Of a stretch of DNA of 60,898 nt, positions 37,715 through 48,344 are shown piece by piece. Position 1 is the first letter of the stretch. Every line of letters starts with the position of its first letter. Origin of the DNA: a virus (taxonomy: Duplodnaviria; Caudoviricetes); the IMG/VR virus record IMGVR_UViG_3300030328_000942, positions 1-60,898 of that record, one strand, 5' to 3'. A program made the translations under genes and the position numbers. The notes below the pieces were generated by a model. It had not been told where the DNA came from and did not search any database. It saw only the letters and a list, made by a program, of their open reading frames with translations.

Positions 37715-38881
37715 TTATTTTTTATTACTTCTAATCTTCAAGCCTCTACTACTTGGTGTAGATATAGACTTGATTTGCAATCCATCCTTGTTTTGTCTTG
37801 TAATCTGTGGAGTTCTACGCTCAGACATATCAACATTTTTCATCTTACGTGTAACATCCTCAGTTGCATCTGACTTTCCTTGCTCATAAAAAAACTGAGC
37901 AAATCTTTCCGGATTCATTGCGATGGCTAATGCCCTATGGTAACCTGCTGCATCATTTAATAATCCACTCTCTTTATCAACAAACTTCTTCACAAAGGAA
38001 GAAGAGTCTAATTGAGCTTCTTTAATTTTGCTTGGGTCACCGGGATTAAAAGTTAAAGTAGTATCACCTATTTTGAAATCAAAACCTTTGAAATCCGTGA
38101 ATACTTCGTTGGTCTTATTTAAGAACCAATCTCTTTTTCTTTTTATTTCCTGTTCATTGCTTTTAGCCTCAGCTAAATATTGCTTATAAGTCTCAAATTT
38201 TTCTTGGTCCTCTGAAGAAATTCCAACCGTACTTGACTCAAGGGGTTGTTTATACATTTCTTTTTGTTCCTCAAAAAACTTTTTGGCTTTAGCAATAGCT
38301 TTTTTCTTAGACATCTTTATTTTCTTAATATCTTTTTCTTCGTCAAGGTCTTCATCAAAAGTGTAGTCATCCATAAGGACTTCTACATCTTCTGAATCTG
38401 TTGCCTCTCCTGAAGCCAAAAGATATTCTTCTAATAAATTGTCTTCATCCATAGTAGAAAAATCTCGATTAAGTTTTATATAATCATCCATTCCTCTACC
38501 GGTGGTCTTTTTATATTCGAAATAAGCTTTTACATCTTCAGGTAAATCTTCATTCTCCGACTTTTGGTCAAAGAGTTGGTCTACTGATGTAAAATCCTTT
38601 TCGTATCTATTCTTAATAAATGAAAGAACGTCTTCCTCTTTTAACTCTGAGGATTGAGTTGTTTCTTCTTGTGTTTCGTCTTGCGACTGTACACCTTCTT
38701 GCTCTTCTGTGGCGGGGGTGTTCGGATTGCCGATAACCACTCGCTCCACGTTAGAGTCAGTTGTTTTAGTTTCTTTAACTTCTTGTTGTTCATTTTTTTC
38801 ATTATGCTTATCAAGAAGTTCTTGCTCTATTTCCTGTTTAGACTTTTGGGTAGCCTCAACCGTTTTTACTTTAATTTCCAT
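37715..38881 (-). CDS. Probable scaffolding protein
   Basis: Acidic, coiled-coil; between portal and capsid. Confidence 0.65.
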   Translation of the reverse strand: MEIKVKTVEATQKSKQEIEQELLDKHNEKNEQQEVKETKTTDSNVERVVIGNPNTPATEEQEGVQSQDETQEETTQSSELKEEDVLSFIKNRYEKDFTSVDQLFDQKSENEDLPEDVKAYFEYKKTTGRGMDDYIKLNRDFSTMDEDNLLEEYLLASGEATDSEDVEVLMDDYTFDEDLDEEKDIKKIKMSKKKAIAKAKKFFEEQKEMYKQPLESSTVGISSEDQEKFETYKQYLAEAKSNEQEIKRKRDWFLNKTNEVFTDFKGFDFKIGDTTLTFNPGDPSKIKEAQLDSSSFVKKFVDKESGLLNDAAGYHRALAIAMNPERFAQFFYEQGKSDATEDVTRKMKNVDMSERRTPQITRQNKDGLQIKSISTPSSRGLKIRSNKK

Positions 38882-38897
38882 TAGATTAGATTTTGTA

Positions 38898-38905
38898 CAA
38901 AGTTA
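38898..38905 (-). promoter_or_regulatory. Late promoter -7 box TAACTTTG
   Basis: Recurrent intergenic motif upstream of scaffold/capsid. Confidence 0.6.
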
Positions 38906-38933
38906 ATAAATAATTTTCGTTCAATTTATTCAG

Positions 38934-41369
38934 TTATCTTGGCGAGAACTCAGCTAAGTCAAATCCGTCTAAACTGTCCTCATTAGATTCGAATATTTGT
39001 GGTGGTGTGTTGTTCTTTCTCTGATTAATTAATCGAGATTGTTGTGTGTTTTGTTGATTGATTCGTTTAGCTTTAGCTTCTTCTCTTTGAGTCTCTCGGC
39101 TTTGTAAAGCGTTTTCCGATATATCACGCAACTGTTGATTATAATTAAACTCTTCCGCCATCAGTTGAGATTTAAGTTGTGCCTCATTATTCATCTTTTC
39201 AATTTCAAATGCAACCTTCGCTTGTTCTAATTGCATCTTACCTTGCATCTCCATTTGCATTTTTTGTGCAGCAACTTGTGCAGCCATCTCTTGAGCCTTC
39301 ATATTTTGTTGTGCAGTCATAGCTTGTTTCTGCATCATTAGTTGCTCTTCTTTATCTTGCTTTTGTTGACGCTTAAGTTTTAATAATTGATTAGCAAGTT
39401 TTAAGTTTTTTAATTCTCGTATATCAATTGCATCTTCTAAGTTAATATCTTGTTTAGATAAAGCCATCTGAATATTTTGTTCAAGTAAAGCTTTTTCTTC
39501 TTCATCAGGTGCTACCTCTATAAATATACCAAAGTCATAAATGTATAAATCTCTTATCTCGTGAAGTATAGATACATTATACTTTCCTATCTTATTAGCA
39601 AAATCATCTTTAAAGTCAGCGTATTCTAAAATATCCGCTACTCTATAAGTTAAAGCTTCTGCTATACTTCTGAATATATATAAACTTCCATCAAGAATAT
39701 GACGAGTAGCTACATTAGAATTTAAAGCAGCAAGTTTTTGTAAGCCTACTAATGAATTAGGGTCCGGGTCACTACCGTCACGTGCTTCATTTAATCCTGT
39801 TACCGTTCTAATCATATTAAGATAATGATTGTAATTAGTAATAAGCATTTGAGTTTTAGAAGCTCCGGAGTTAGATGTAAGTTCTTTAATAGGTACTTTG
39901 CCTTGATTGTAATCTCCATCTTGAGTATAAGACCTACCAATAACAGAACCTGTTTGAAAATAAAGTCTTAATGCATCTTCAGGATTATATGCTTGACCCG
40001 TACCTAAATCTACTTCACTAAGTCCATCTGCATCAATATAAACACCGTCAGGTACAACACGTGAAATAACTTGTTGTAATTTTAAATGAGTCATTTGAAT
40101 TAAGTCTGCAAAAGGAATCATTCTTCTAACTAAAGATTCTAAAGCTCCCTTATACATTCTTGGGGCACACGCTACATAGTTTGGTAATGCGTGTTGACTT
40201 GTTGATTTAGGTCTTACCATATTACGAGCAAGTTCCCACTTAAGTATAATATTAGTACCCATTACCATTACACCATCATACCATACATCAATAGTTTTTT
40301 CAAACTTTTCAAAATTCCCTTCTTCCATTACTTCTACCGGTGGGTCAAATTGGTCATCTTTTTCAATAACCTTATCTCCTCCTGATGAAGTTACTTTCTT
40401 TTTATAAACCATCTTTTTAGTGGTCTTATAATTAAAGTATAATAATGTACAAGTATCTCTATAAAATATATCATTTTGATAAAACTGTGCTACGTTATAA
40501 TAATCAAACCACGTTTGACTATACTGTGATATTTCTTCTAAATCTGCATTAGTAAGAGATGGGTCAATCTTCATCAATTCCGTAATAGGAATAGTTTTAA
40601 CTTCACCCCAATAAAAACAATCTTTAAAGTAAGGGTCTTCAGTATAACTATATACTACATTTGCAGGGTCTACATATTTAATTTCTACTCCTGCTCCTTT
40701 TAAAAACTGATGTCTTGTTATCCCAATACCTAAAGTTGTAATATCTAAATCACATCTTTTACGGACATCCCAATAGTGATTTTCATCAAGTATAGTATTG
40801 ATAGCCTCTTCTTCTGCTATCTCAATAGCAGGTTTATAATTAAGTTGCATATATAATGAAAGTTCTTCATCACTTGCGGGAAGTTCCTCTTCGGGAATTA
40901 CAAAAGGGTCATACCCTCCTTGTTTTTGTACAATACTTAGGATATCTTTAGCAGCCATTTGTCCTTCTACCATATCTTGATATTTAGAACGCTTAGCTTG
41001 AGACATAGCATCTTGTGCGTATGCTTTAACTTTAAAGAGTCGGTCAGACATTCCATTTACCACAATGTCCACAAATTTTGGAATAATAGGCACAGGAGTC
41101 CAATCTAAGTTTAAATAAGATAAATCGCCATCAATAGCTAATTCATTTTTATATTTACTTATGGATTGTTCGCCTCTTGCGTATAATCTTAACCTATGAA
41201 ACTCTCGCCATTGGTCATAGAATCTGCAGCCATTTCCATCTTTACGAAACCATTCATATTGAATAGCTTGTCCTATCATCAATCCATATTGGTCCGTAGC
41301 CTTTTCAGCATCGGATACAAACTGTGTGGGAAACCCTGCAGATGAAATATTTATTTTTACGTCTTTCAT
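38934..41369 (-). CDS. Portal protein
   Basis: Follows terminase; VPIIPKFVDIVVNG motif; Gln/Met-rich C-terminal barrel helix. Confidence 0.85.
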   Translation of the reverse strand: MKDVKINISSAGFPTQFVSDAEKATDQYGLMIGQAIQYEWFRKDGNGCRFYDQWREFHRLRLYARGEQSISKYKNELAIDGDLSYLNLDWTPVPIIPKFVDIVVNGMSDRLFKVKAYAQDAMSQAKRSKYQDMVEGQMAAKDILSIVQKQGGYDPFVIPEEELPASDEELSLYMQLNYKPAIEIAEEEAINTILDENHYWDVRKRCDLDITTLGIGITRHQFLKGAGVEIKYVDPANVVYSYTEDPYFKDCFYWGEVKTIPITELMKIDPSLTNADLEEISQYSQTWFDYYNVAQFYQNDIFYRDTCTLLYFNYKTTKKMVYKKKVTSSGGDKVIEKDDQFDPPVEVMEEGNFEKFEKTIDVWYDGVMVMGTNIILKWELARNMVRPKSTSQHALPNYVACAPRMYKGALESLVRRMIPFADLIQMTHLKLQQVISRVVPDGVYIDADGLSEVDLGTGQAYNPEDALRLYFQTGSVIGRSYTQDGDYNQGKVPIKELTSNSGASKTQMLITNYNHYLNMIRTVTGLNEARDGSDPDPNSLVGLQKLAALNSNVATRHILDGSLYIFRSIAEALTYRVADILEYADFKDDFANKIGKYNVSILHEIRDLYIYDFGIFIEVAPDEEEKALLEQNIQMALSKQDINLEDAIDIRELKNLKLANQLLKLKRQQKQDKEEQLMMQKQAMTAQQNMKAQEMAAQVAAQKMQMEMQGKMQLEQAKVAFEIEKMNNEAQLKSQLMAEEFNYNQQLRDISENALQSRETQREEAKAKRINQQNTQQSRLINQRKNNTPPQIFESNEDSLDGFDLAEFSPR

Positions 41370-43597
41370 CTAATTATCTGACTTAATTTTCCATCATTAC
41401 TATACCTTGCAAAGTTAATCATAATTCTTGACTCTTTTTTTTCAGGCATATATAAATGTTTTTGACACGCCATAATAGCTAAACCCGAGCTAATTGATGC
41501 ATCATACGAAGTTCTATTGCTAATATCGAACCTTGCCCAATCCTCTAAGGTACGATTAAAATACATACCACTCATATTCTCATTATCACCTAATCCCACG
41601 TGTGCTTCTATAAAAGACTCTATAGCTGCAGCGTGAGCTTGTTTTACGGCTTCACTTGAGTTAGGAATACCCCCTAATTCTTTTTCGGTTTTAGAGAGCT
41701 TTGTATAATGTTTATCCGGTCTATTGATACAATAATGTCTATATCCTCTATTTTTAAAATGATATAATAATCGAGGTTTGTTATTTTCAATAAGTATTGG
41801 CATTCCATAAAAAACACACGCCATTAAAACATCTTCAAAAAATATTTCAGCCGTTTGAGGTCTTGCAATGTATTCTAAAAAAAATTCATTACTTGGAGCC
41901 TCTTCCATATTAAATTTAGTTAATCCGTGTAATGCTCCATTAGAACCTCCTCCTCCTACAGTTCCTGAAATGTCATAGCTATCACAACCAAAGGCTCCAA
42001 TGTGTTCGTTGCCCGGATATAATTTACCGTGCTTGGTATAACAATTATTCTGTAATCCTTTATTTGGTGCCCACGTAATAATAAATCTTCCTCGCTTATC
42101 GGGAGTAAAATAAACTTTAGTATCCTTTACTCCATTTTCCCAATGAAAAGAACCTTTAGTTAAATGTTGTTCTGTTATCATTGAATCGTTATAATCTATC
42201 TGTTGATATATCTTTGTAAGATTAAATAAAGATTGTTTACTTTCATCTCTAAATGCGTGTGACTCAGTGCGTGGAAATTGACGATAGTATTCATTTAATG
42301 CATCAGGGTCGTGCTTTAAAGAGTCTACTTCATTTTTCCAATATTGTAAAGAGCTTTGAGTAATGTATTCATTATCAATACCTCTTATTTTTTCTACTAC
42401 ATCATCTATAACCGGATGACCATACCTGTCAATAAAACCCTCCATATTCCATTCCATCGGAATAAATAAAGAATATAATCCTGATTTTGTTTGTCCATTA
42501 GCATTACGTGATAACACATCAGAGTCGGTATATAGTTTTTTAAAATTTCCTCCTCCTTTATTTAATGCATTAGATGTAGAACCCATCATACATTTACCAA
42601 TAATTCTACTTCCTAATCTAAGACAAGTTTTTGTAACACGCCAATTGTTTAATATATTATTGGGCTTCAACCATTTACCGCTCTCATCGTGAACTAATAA
42701 TAATAATTTTTCCCCATCATAAGAGTTATCGTCTGTGTTTTTCCAATCTATTGTGGTATCTAATCCTTCTATTTCTTCTTCATCTAATTCATACATATTT
42801 TTTTTAGTAATCTTAGACGCAGGAACACGATAAGCTAATTCAGTTTTAGGTTTATCCATTCCATCCATAATAGGTTTAAAAAAGAAAGGTAAGCGACTAT
42901 TGATAGGAACAACTTTGTCTGTAAACATTTTCTTTGCATCTGACCCTGTTTTAGAAAGTATACCTACTCGTGAATCTTTTACAAGAGTACCGGTGTTTAC
43001 GCATTCTGATGAAGACATAAATGAAAACCCTGAACGTCTTATCTTTAAATATATCATTCCAAAACTTCTCTTGTCGGCTTTACAAGCTTCCCAAAAGATG
43101 TATAAAATTCTATTTGCTTCTCTAAATTCAGGATAGCCAATATCAATATTAGTCCATTGCAAATACATATAATGAGCTCCCGTAATATAAGTAGGTACTC
43201 CATTATTCATAAACCAAAAACCATACTCTCTATTATCAAACTCGGCTTCTATATAATCCACCCATCTTGATTTAAATTGTGATGGCATTTCATTCCATTG
43301 AAAGATGGATGATATTTTAGATAAAGGTTTTGGAAGTTCTTCTCTTTCCCAATATTGTTCGGTGGAAGTGGAGTGTCTTTGAAGACACTCTTTAGGAGTT
43401 TTAGGTAATGCAATGTATAGTCCGGAAATATAAAGTACCTCACCTATTTCTCCGGATTTAGATATAACAATAAGGTCATACTTTTCATTATACCCATACA
43501 CCCAAGAACGATTACGATTTTTATTCGTCAATACACTCTTCGGTACGTAGTCTTTCACTACTCGATATAATATACTATTTTGACCTTCGTTCTGCAA
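41366..43597 (-). CDS. terL: Terminase large subunit
   Basis: KIRRSGFS Walker A-like, LLVHDESGKW Walker B, GSTSN, GCDSYD RNase H-like nuclease. Confidence 0.9.
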   Translation of the reverse strand: MQNEGQNSILYRVVKDYVPKSVLTNKNRNRSWVYGYNEKYDLIVISKSGEIGEVLYISGLYIALPKTPKECLQRHSTSTEQYWEREELPKPLSKISSIFQWNEMPSQFKSRWVDYIEAEFDNREYGFWFMNNGVPTYITGAHYMYLQWTNIDIGYPEFREANRILYIFWEACKADKRSFGMIYLKIRRSGFSFMSSSECVNTGTLVKDSRVGILSKTGSDAKKMFTDKVVPINSRLPFFFKPIMDGMDKPKTELAYRVPASKITKKNMYELDEEEIEGLDTTIDWKNTDDNSYDGEKLLLLVHDESGKWLKPNNILNNWRVTKTCLRLGSRIIGKCMMGSTSNALNKGGGNFKKLYTDSDVLSRNANGQTKSGLYSLFIPMEWNMEGFIDRYGHPVIDDVVEKIRGIDNEYITQSSLQYWKNEVDSLKHDPDALNEYYRQFPRTESHAFRDESKQSLFNLTKIYQQIDYNDSMITEQHLTKGSFHWENGVKDTKVYFTPDKRGRFIITWAPNKGLQNNCYTKHGKLYPGNEHIGAFGCDSYDISGTVGGGGSNGALHGLTKFNMEEAPSNEFFLEYIARPQTAEIFFEDVLMACVFYGMPILIENNKPRLLYHFKNRGYRHYCINRPDKHYTKLSKTEKELGGIPNSSEAVKQAHAAAIESFIEAHVGLGDNENMSGMYFNRTLEDWARFDISNRTSYDASISSGLAIMACQKHLYMPEKKESRIMINFARYSNDGKLSQIIR
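43373..43388 (-). repeat. 16-bp palindrome copy 11, inside terL (CLQRH)
   Basis: Read directly. Confidence 0.95.
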
Positions 43598-43850
43598 ATC
43601 CCTGTTTTGTATCTACCTTATTATCTGTTGTACCTCCTTCTATAGCTTCTCGTTCTTCTTCTATTTTTTTTAGTATTTCAAATGCATCAAAAATACAAAG
43701 CTTTTTAGTAGCTGCCGCATTTTTTAATCTGTCCGCAGAGATATCATCTTCAGGGTCAGGCTTTATAATTTTTTCTTTAGCTACCTTTATAAGTTGCTCA
43801 ACTGCTTGATGTCCGGCTTCTATTATTTTTAATTTAGTTTCTTTACTCAT
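43575..43850 (-). CDS. Putative terminase small subunit
   Basis: Helical 91-aa ORF overlapping the terL start. Confidence 0.5.
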   Translation of the reverse strand: MSKETKLKIIEAGHQAVEQLIKVAKEKIIKPDPEDDISADRLKNAAATKKLCIFDAFEILKKIEEEREAIEGGTTDNKVDTKQGFAERRSK

Positions 43851-44235
43851 AGTATTCTTTTTTATAAGTATGATGTCTATAATTAGTTACAATTTCTTCG
43901 CCTTCATTTATTATTTTATCAGCAATTAAAATCATATTATCATTATTTCTAAAGAAATAAAACTTTGCATTTGGTACTGCTGAATGATTTACATATCTCC
44001 CTGCTAATGTTCTTGTATTGTTAATAATGCCATAACCAATCTGCTCTCCTTTTATTATTTGTCTTTCAGCAAAAATACCTACTCCTTCTATAGCCGATTC
44101 TTTTACTGTATAGTTTTTATTTTTATCATCAACAACCGGTCCTGCTTTTAATTCAAATTCCTTTGAATTAATATAATTATTTAAATCATCTAAGTTAATA
44201 TTATGCTCTTTAAGCATATTTAAAAAATCACTCAT
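43843..44235 (-). CDS. SET-domain protein (putative lysine methyltransferase)
   Basis: SAIEGVGIFA...RYVNHSAVPNA...INEGEEIVTNY: canonical GxG, NHS and EExxxY motifs. Confidence 0.85.
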   Translation of the reverse strand: MSDFLNMLKEHNINLDDLNNYINSKEFELKAGPVVDDKNKNYTVKESAIEGVGIFAERQIIKGEQIGYGIINNTRTLAGRYVNHSAVPNAKFYFFRNNDNMILIADKIINEGEEIVTNYRHHTYKKEYYE

Positions 44236-44704
44236 CTTTTAATTTTAAAAACAAAACTTGCACCATCCTTGCATCATTTTGAGAACCAAAGTTTAACTTT
44301 ATATTTCTTGAGTGTTTCACATTAGATTCAAAAATAAAAGCACTATTATATTGTGCTTGGTTTATTAAAATAGGAGTTTCGTTATTGTCATAAAGCGTAG
44401 TTCCATATCCTTCAGGATAAGTTTTATTTAAATATAATATTACGGTTCTATCTCCGTGCATATCATCGGTGTGAATATAATGAGGCTCTTCTTGATGTAA
44501 AGGAGATTTACGTACAAAATTTAATGTAATCTCATACTCCGGAAATAAAACGGTAGCTAATTCAGCTAATTCATCCATTCCTCTTTCTTGGATACCTCTA
44601 AATTCTCCGGCTTCTGCCTCTATCACTTTCCACCCACCGCTTTCTATTTCTTCCACATAAGCATCGGGGTCAGCTAATACATTAAAAAAATTCATTGTTA
44701 TCAT
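44228..44704 (-). CDS. 2OG-Fe(II) oxygenase-like protein
   Basis: HTD...ILYLN...GTTLY...H...RMVQV facial triad and Arg. Confidence 0.75.
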   Translation of the reverse strand: MITMNFFNVLADPDAYVEEIESGGWKVIEAEAGEFRGIQERGMDELAELATVLFPEYEITLNFVRKSPLHQEEPHYIHTDDMHGDRTVILYLNKTYPEGYGTTLYDNNETPILINQAQYNSAFIFESNVKHSRNIKLNFGSQNDARMVQVLFLKLKDE

Positions 44705-45264
44705 AGAACCAAAGTAATACAGTGGTCGTATAATCTATACAAAGTTTGATTATCCACTTTAAATTCATATTCTTGATTGGGTTTGTAACAAACCTTATCT
44801 CCAATCTTTACTCCTTTGTTTTGAAGGGTTTCATTTAAGATAGCCACCTCCCCCATTAAAGGTTCTTTACTTAGGGGTTTATATATATAACTTTCCTCTA
44901 CAGGAATAGGTTTTAAAAAACAATACCTATCATACCCTATCCACTCGTTGTCTTTTTTATATGCAAAGAACTGTTCATCATCTACAAGAAATAGATTGTC
45001 TTTTAAAAAACTTCTACCGCTCTGTCTGTTTCCATACATATCATTATAAAACTTAAAGACATTATGGTGTACTAATAAAGTATCTCCTTTTTCAATAGGA
45101 CCCTCGTAGTTTATAGGGGTCTCAATAACCGTAGCTTCACGATTAGATGTGGTATAATTTTCTTCCGATGTACTAACGACTAAATCAATATTACCTATCT
45201 GTTTAGTGTTATTATATCTTTTTCCCTTTACAGGAGTTACAAGGAATGAGTATGGTGATTGCAT
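44701..45264 (-). CDS. GroES-like protein with two tandem GroES-like halves
   Basis: Twice-repeated ..V..P....I(E/K).GD.(L/V) pattern (IEKGDTLLV; VKIGDKVCY). Confidence 0.6.
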   Translation of the reverse strand: MQSPYSFLVTPVKGKRYNNTKQIGNIDLVVSTSEENYTTSNREATVIETPINYEGPIEKGDTLLVHHNVFKFYNDMYGNRQSGRSFLKDNLFLVDDEQFFAYKKDNEWIGYDRYCFLKPIPVEESYIYKPLSKEPLMGEVAILNETLQNKGVKIGDKVCYKPNQEYEFKVDNQTLYRLYDHCITLVL

Positions 45265-45295
45265 TTAATTTCATTTTATTTAACTTCTAATAGAT

Positions 45296-45667
45296 TTATG
45301 ATGCACGAAAGTTTTGTGTTACTCTTGCTCTGTTTCTATTAATTCGAGTTTTACCATTTCTCGAAGTAACTTTTTTAACATCTTTTGCTATGACTTTACC
45401 GTCAGCATCTCTTACAATAAACTTTTCTTTAACTTTAGTTTTAGTTTTAGTCTTGCCTCTTCGGTTAGTTTTTGTTTTATCTTTTTGAGTAGTAATTTTG
45501 GTAGAGGTTTCTCCCGTCTTTAAATTAGTAACTACCGAATCTTCGGTATACTTTTTTTTAGTCTTTTCTTTGGCACCTCTTTTATTAACCTTCTTTTTTG
45601 ACTTTGTTGACATTGATGCAGTTGATTGAACCAATGATGGGTCTAAAGATTTATCTCCGTTAGGCAT
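45296..45667 (-). CDS. Lys/Thr-rich basic protein
   Basis: KTKTKTK repeats; strongly basic. Confidence 0.6.
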   Translation of the reverse strand: MPNGDKSLDPSLVQSTASMSTKSKKKVNKRGAKEKTKKKYTEDSVVTNLKTGETSTKITTQKDKTKTNRRGKTKTKTKVKEKFIVRDADGKVIAKDVKKVTSRNGKTRINRNRARVTQNFRAS

Positions 45668-45669
45668 AA

Positions 45670-45897
45670 TTAAAAGTTTATATTATATTCAATACTAATA
45701 GGCATTGTGTTGGTAAATTCTTTCCAACAAACAATCTCTCCTCCCTCATTTTCTATCCATATTTTTATAGAATCAGATTCTTCGTAATATTTAATAAGGT
45801 GGATATTGTATGCCGAACCTAATACGTTTTGCCCTACAATGTAGTGCATTGCTCCTGATTTATAATCAGGACCTATAGAGATTTTCCTAATATCCAT
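45670..45897 (-). CDS. Hypothetical protein
   Basis: ORF track; IRKISIGPDYKSGAMHYIVGQ. Confidence 0.7.
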   Translation of the reverse strand: MDIRKISIGPDYKSGAMHYIVGQNVLGSAYNIHLIKYYEESDSIKIWIENEGGEIVCWKEFTNTMPISIEYNINF

Positions 45898-45907
45898 TTA
45901 ATTAAAT

Positions 45908-47263
45908 TTACTTTCCTGCCTTACAAGAGTCAAGTTCTTTTTTAAGCTCTTGTATAGCTTTTACCAATACAGGTATTAAAGCTGCATTACCAACCTCCCA
46001 CGCTTCATTATTGTTTTTATTTAACAATGAAGGAAGAACGTCTTCTGCGTCCCAATCCTGAATTACTTCATCCAACTCTTGTGCAACAAAGCCTGAATCT
46101 TTTTTTCCTGACATTGTGCCATCACGTCTGTCCCAATCCCAAGATACCGGTTCTAAATCCATTATGAATTGTAGTCCTAATTCTAACTCTTCAATGTTAT
46201 CTTTATCTCTTACGTCTGAAAGACCTGAAATAACTTGAGTATTACATCTTAGTGTAGTTACATTATTATCTCCTAATACAACTTCATTATCGGCTTGTGC
46301 TTGAGAGTTGTGACCTAAGTTGGTGGTATTAATAAACCCTACTACTGTAGAACCTGCAGCTTTTCCAATCGCAGTATTTGTAGTACCTGTTTGTAATTGT
46401 TGTAAAGCATCATTACCTATGGCTACATTATAGTCTCCACCTGTTTGACTCTGACAAGCATTTGTTCCGACTGCAACATTAAAGTATCCAAGATTGGAGT
46501 TTGTTCCTGCTGACGTTCCAATTCCGATGTTGTGTTGACCGTTTGCATTTAGACCTGCGTTGTTTCCAATATAGACACAGTCTGTTATTTCACTAACCCC
46601 TGCATTACCTACATTGCCTCCGGCATTTGGTCCAATCATTACATTGCTAACTAATTGTTGTCCATTATTACCTGCACTTTTTGCAACACCAAAACCAATC
46701 ATAGTGTTATTAGTAGATGGTACATCCATATCTCTTGCTACTTCGTATCCTATAGCAACAGTCTTATCTACATCCTCAGTTGCATTTTGAAATACTTTAC
46801 TTCCTACAAGAACAGAACCTGTTAATGTTTGAGCATTTACCATTTGGTCATACCCTACTAAAACAGATTGGGCTACAGTAGGTAGAGTTGTAGCTAACTG
46901 TATTCCAACTGCTACTGTTGCAGCAGGGCTTTGTGTTTCTACTACTCCTTTTCCTAAAGTTAATGAAGTGTCATTATTAGAATTTGTTGCATTACAAATT
47001 AATGTCCCTCCAATTACTGTGGTGTCTTCAGGAATAATTCCTTGACCTCCTACAATATATGTTAAGGTGTTTGTTTCAGCAACTACTGAAGCAGCATCTC
47101 CATAAAACATTTTTGTTGGAGATAAAGTTGGGGGTGGGACTAAACCTACAATATCACCAATTAGATAATTTTTAGTTATGTCATTATCGGTTACATCCGT
47201 TCCAATAACTTTATCAGTTAATTGCGGTGTGCTATCAATGATATATGAAGATATTTTAGCCAT
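45908..47263 (-). CDS. Tail fibre/spike with C-terminal intramolecular chaperone (peptidase S74)
   Basis: N(T/V)A(I/V)G repeats; SDVRDKDNI...GFVAQE...LVKAIQEL. Confidence 0.85.
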   Translation of the reverse strand: MAKISSYIIDSTPQLTDKVIGTDVTDNDITKNYLIGDIVGLVPPPTLSPTKMFYGDAASVVAETNTLTYIVGGQGIIPEDTTVIGGTLICNATNSNNDTSLTLGKGVVETQSPAATVAVGIQLATTLPTVAQSVLVGYDQMVNAQTLTGSVLVGSKVFQNATEDVDKTVAIGYEVARDMDVPSTNNTMIGFGVAKSAGNNGQQLVSNVMIGPNAGGNVGNAGVSEITDCVYIGNNAGLNANGQHNIGIGTSAGTNSNLGYFNVAVGTNACQSQTGGDYNVAIGNDALQQLQTGTTNTAIGKAAGSTVVGFINTTNLGHNSQAQADNEVVLGDNNVTTLRCNTQVISGLSDVRDKDNIEELELGLQFIMDLEPVSWDWDRRDGTMSGKKDSGFVAQELDEVIQDWDAEDVLPSLLNKNNNEAWEVGNAALIPVLVKAIQELKKELDSCKAGK

Positions 47264-47269
47264 CAGTAT

Positions 47270-47494
47270 TTATTTTTTTTGTTGGACTTCTCCTGTTTGT
47301 ATATTGATAACAGAATCTTTCCCGTATTTGTCAATTAATGTTTTTTCATTCTGAGCGAACTTCATTTTCAATGCTCCTATCTCAGAAATGATTGCTGCTT
47401 TTTGAATCTCTAAATCTCCAAGCATCATTTTCTTTTTTGTGTATTCAGTGTTTAACGACTGAACTTCTTCTAATTCTTCTTTACTTAATTTCAT
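47270..47494 (-). CDS. Small coiled-coil protein (fibre-associated)
   Basis: KYG...INIQTGE C-terminus. Confidence 0.6.
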   Translation of the reverse strand: MKLSKEELEEVQSLNTEYTKKKMMLGDLEIQKAAIISEIGALKMKFAQNEKTLIDKYGKDSVINIQTGEVQQKK

Positions 47495-47517
47495 TTTAAT
47501 TTGATTTTAGTTTGTTA

Positions 47518-47525
47518 CAAAGTTA
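47518..47525 (-). promoter_or_regulatory. Late promoter -7 box TAACTTTG
   Basis: Recurrent intergenic motif. Confidence 0.55.
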
Positions 47526-47529
47526 CGAA

Positions 47530-47928
47530 TTATTTTCTTTTAATCTTTTCAAACGACCTTCCGCCAAAATAAGCTGAAATCACCGTAATCAAAGTAAGCT
47601 GCAAAAGGTCTGTCCATTTATCTTCTACAGAAAACTGAATTACTCCTGCATCTATATAAACTAACAATACAGTGGATATAACTAAAAATATTAAAACCAT
47701 AGGTCTTACATTTTTACTTAACCACGAATCAGCATTCGTATCTGATTTCCATCGTTCCGTTATATTCTTTTGCATTTCTGTTTCAGCCTCAATAAATATC
47801 TCTGTGAGTTCTTTTTCAAATTGAGCTTTTTCATCTTTAGTCTGAACAAACTTGTCGACTACACCGCTAACGCTATCTACTATTCCGCCTCCGGCTTTTC
47901 CAAATAATTTTAAAAATATTTCTTTCAT
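47530..47928 (-). CDS. Holin (3TM, GTA-holin-like)
   Basis: RWKSD...SWLSKNVRP...AYFGGRSFEK; adjacent to endolysin. Confidence 0.8.
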   Translation of the reverse strand: MKEIFLKLFGKAGGGIVDSVSGVVDKFVQTKDEKAQFEKELTEIFIEAETEMQKNITERWKSDTNADSWLSKNVRPMVLIFLVISTVLLVYIDAGVIQFSVEDKWTDLLQLTLITVISAYFGGRSFEKIKRK

Positions 47929-48344
47929 AGGTTTTTATATTCTTCTGTTGCATCAAAACTTGGACACGCTTTATTTGCATAATCTCGATGTCCATTTATA
48001 CTTGCCTGTGGAGCAAGTAGTTTTAAAAAGTATAATAAATATTCTAATGATTCTTTTTGTTTATCTGTTCGTGTATCCTTTGGGGTTTTACCATCTTTCT
48101 CTACACCTCCAATATAACATACACCCCACGACTTACAATTCAATCCTCTCGTGTGAGCTCCACATTCATTTATCTTTCTTCCTGTTTCTATTGTTCCATC
48201 CATCAACACGATGAAATGGTATCCGCATCCTTTCCATCCCCTTGCTTTATGCCATCTATCAATAACTTCTGTATCTATACTATCATCACCTTCTCTTGTT
48301 GCTGAACAATGTATTATTATATTTTTTATATCTGTTGTTTTCAT
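47925..48344 (-). CDS. Endolysin, N-acetylmuramoyl-L-alanine amidase (T7 lysozyme-like)
   Basis: IIIHCSAT, GYHF, GAH, GHRD, KACPSF motifs. Confidence 0.92.
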   Translation of the reverse strand: MKTTDIKNIIIHCSATREGDDSIDTEVIDRWHKARGWKGCGYHFIVLMDGTIETGRKINECGAHTRGLNCKSWGVCYIGGVEKDGKTPKDTRTDKQKESLEYLLYFLKLLAPQASINGHRDYANKACPSFDATEEYKNL

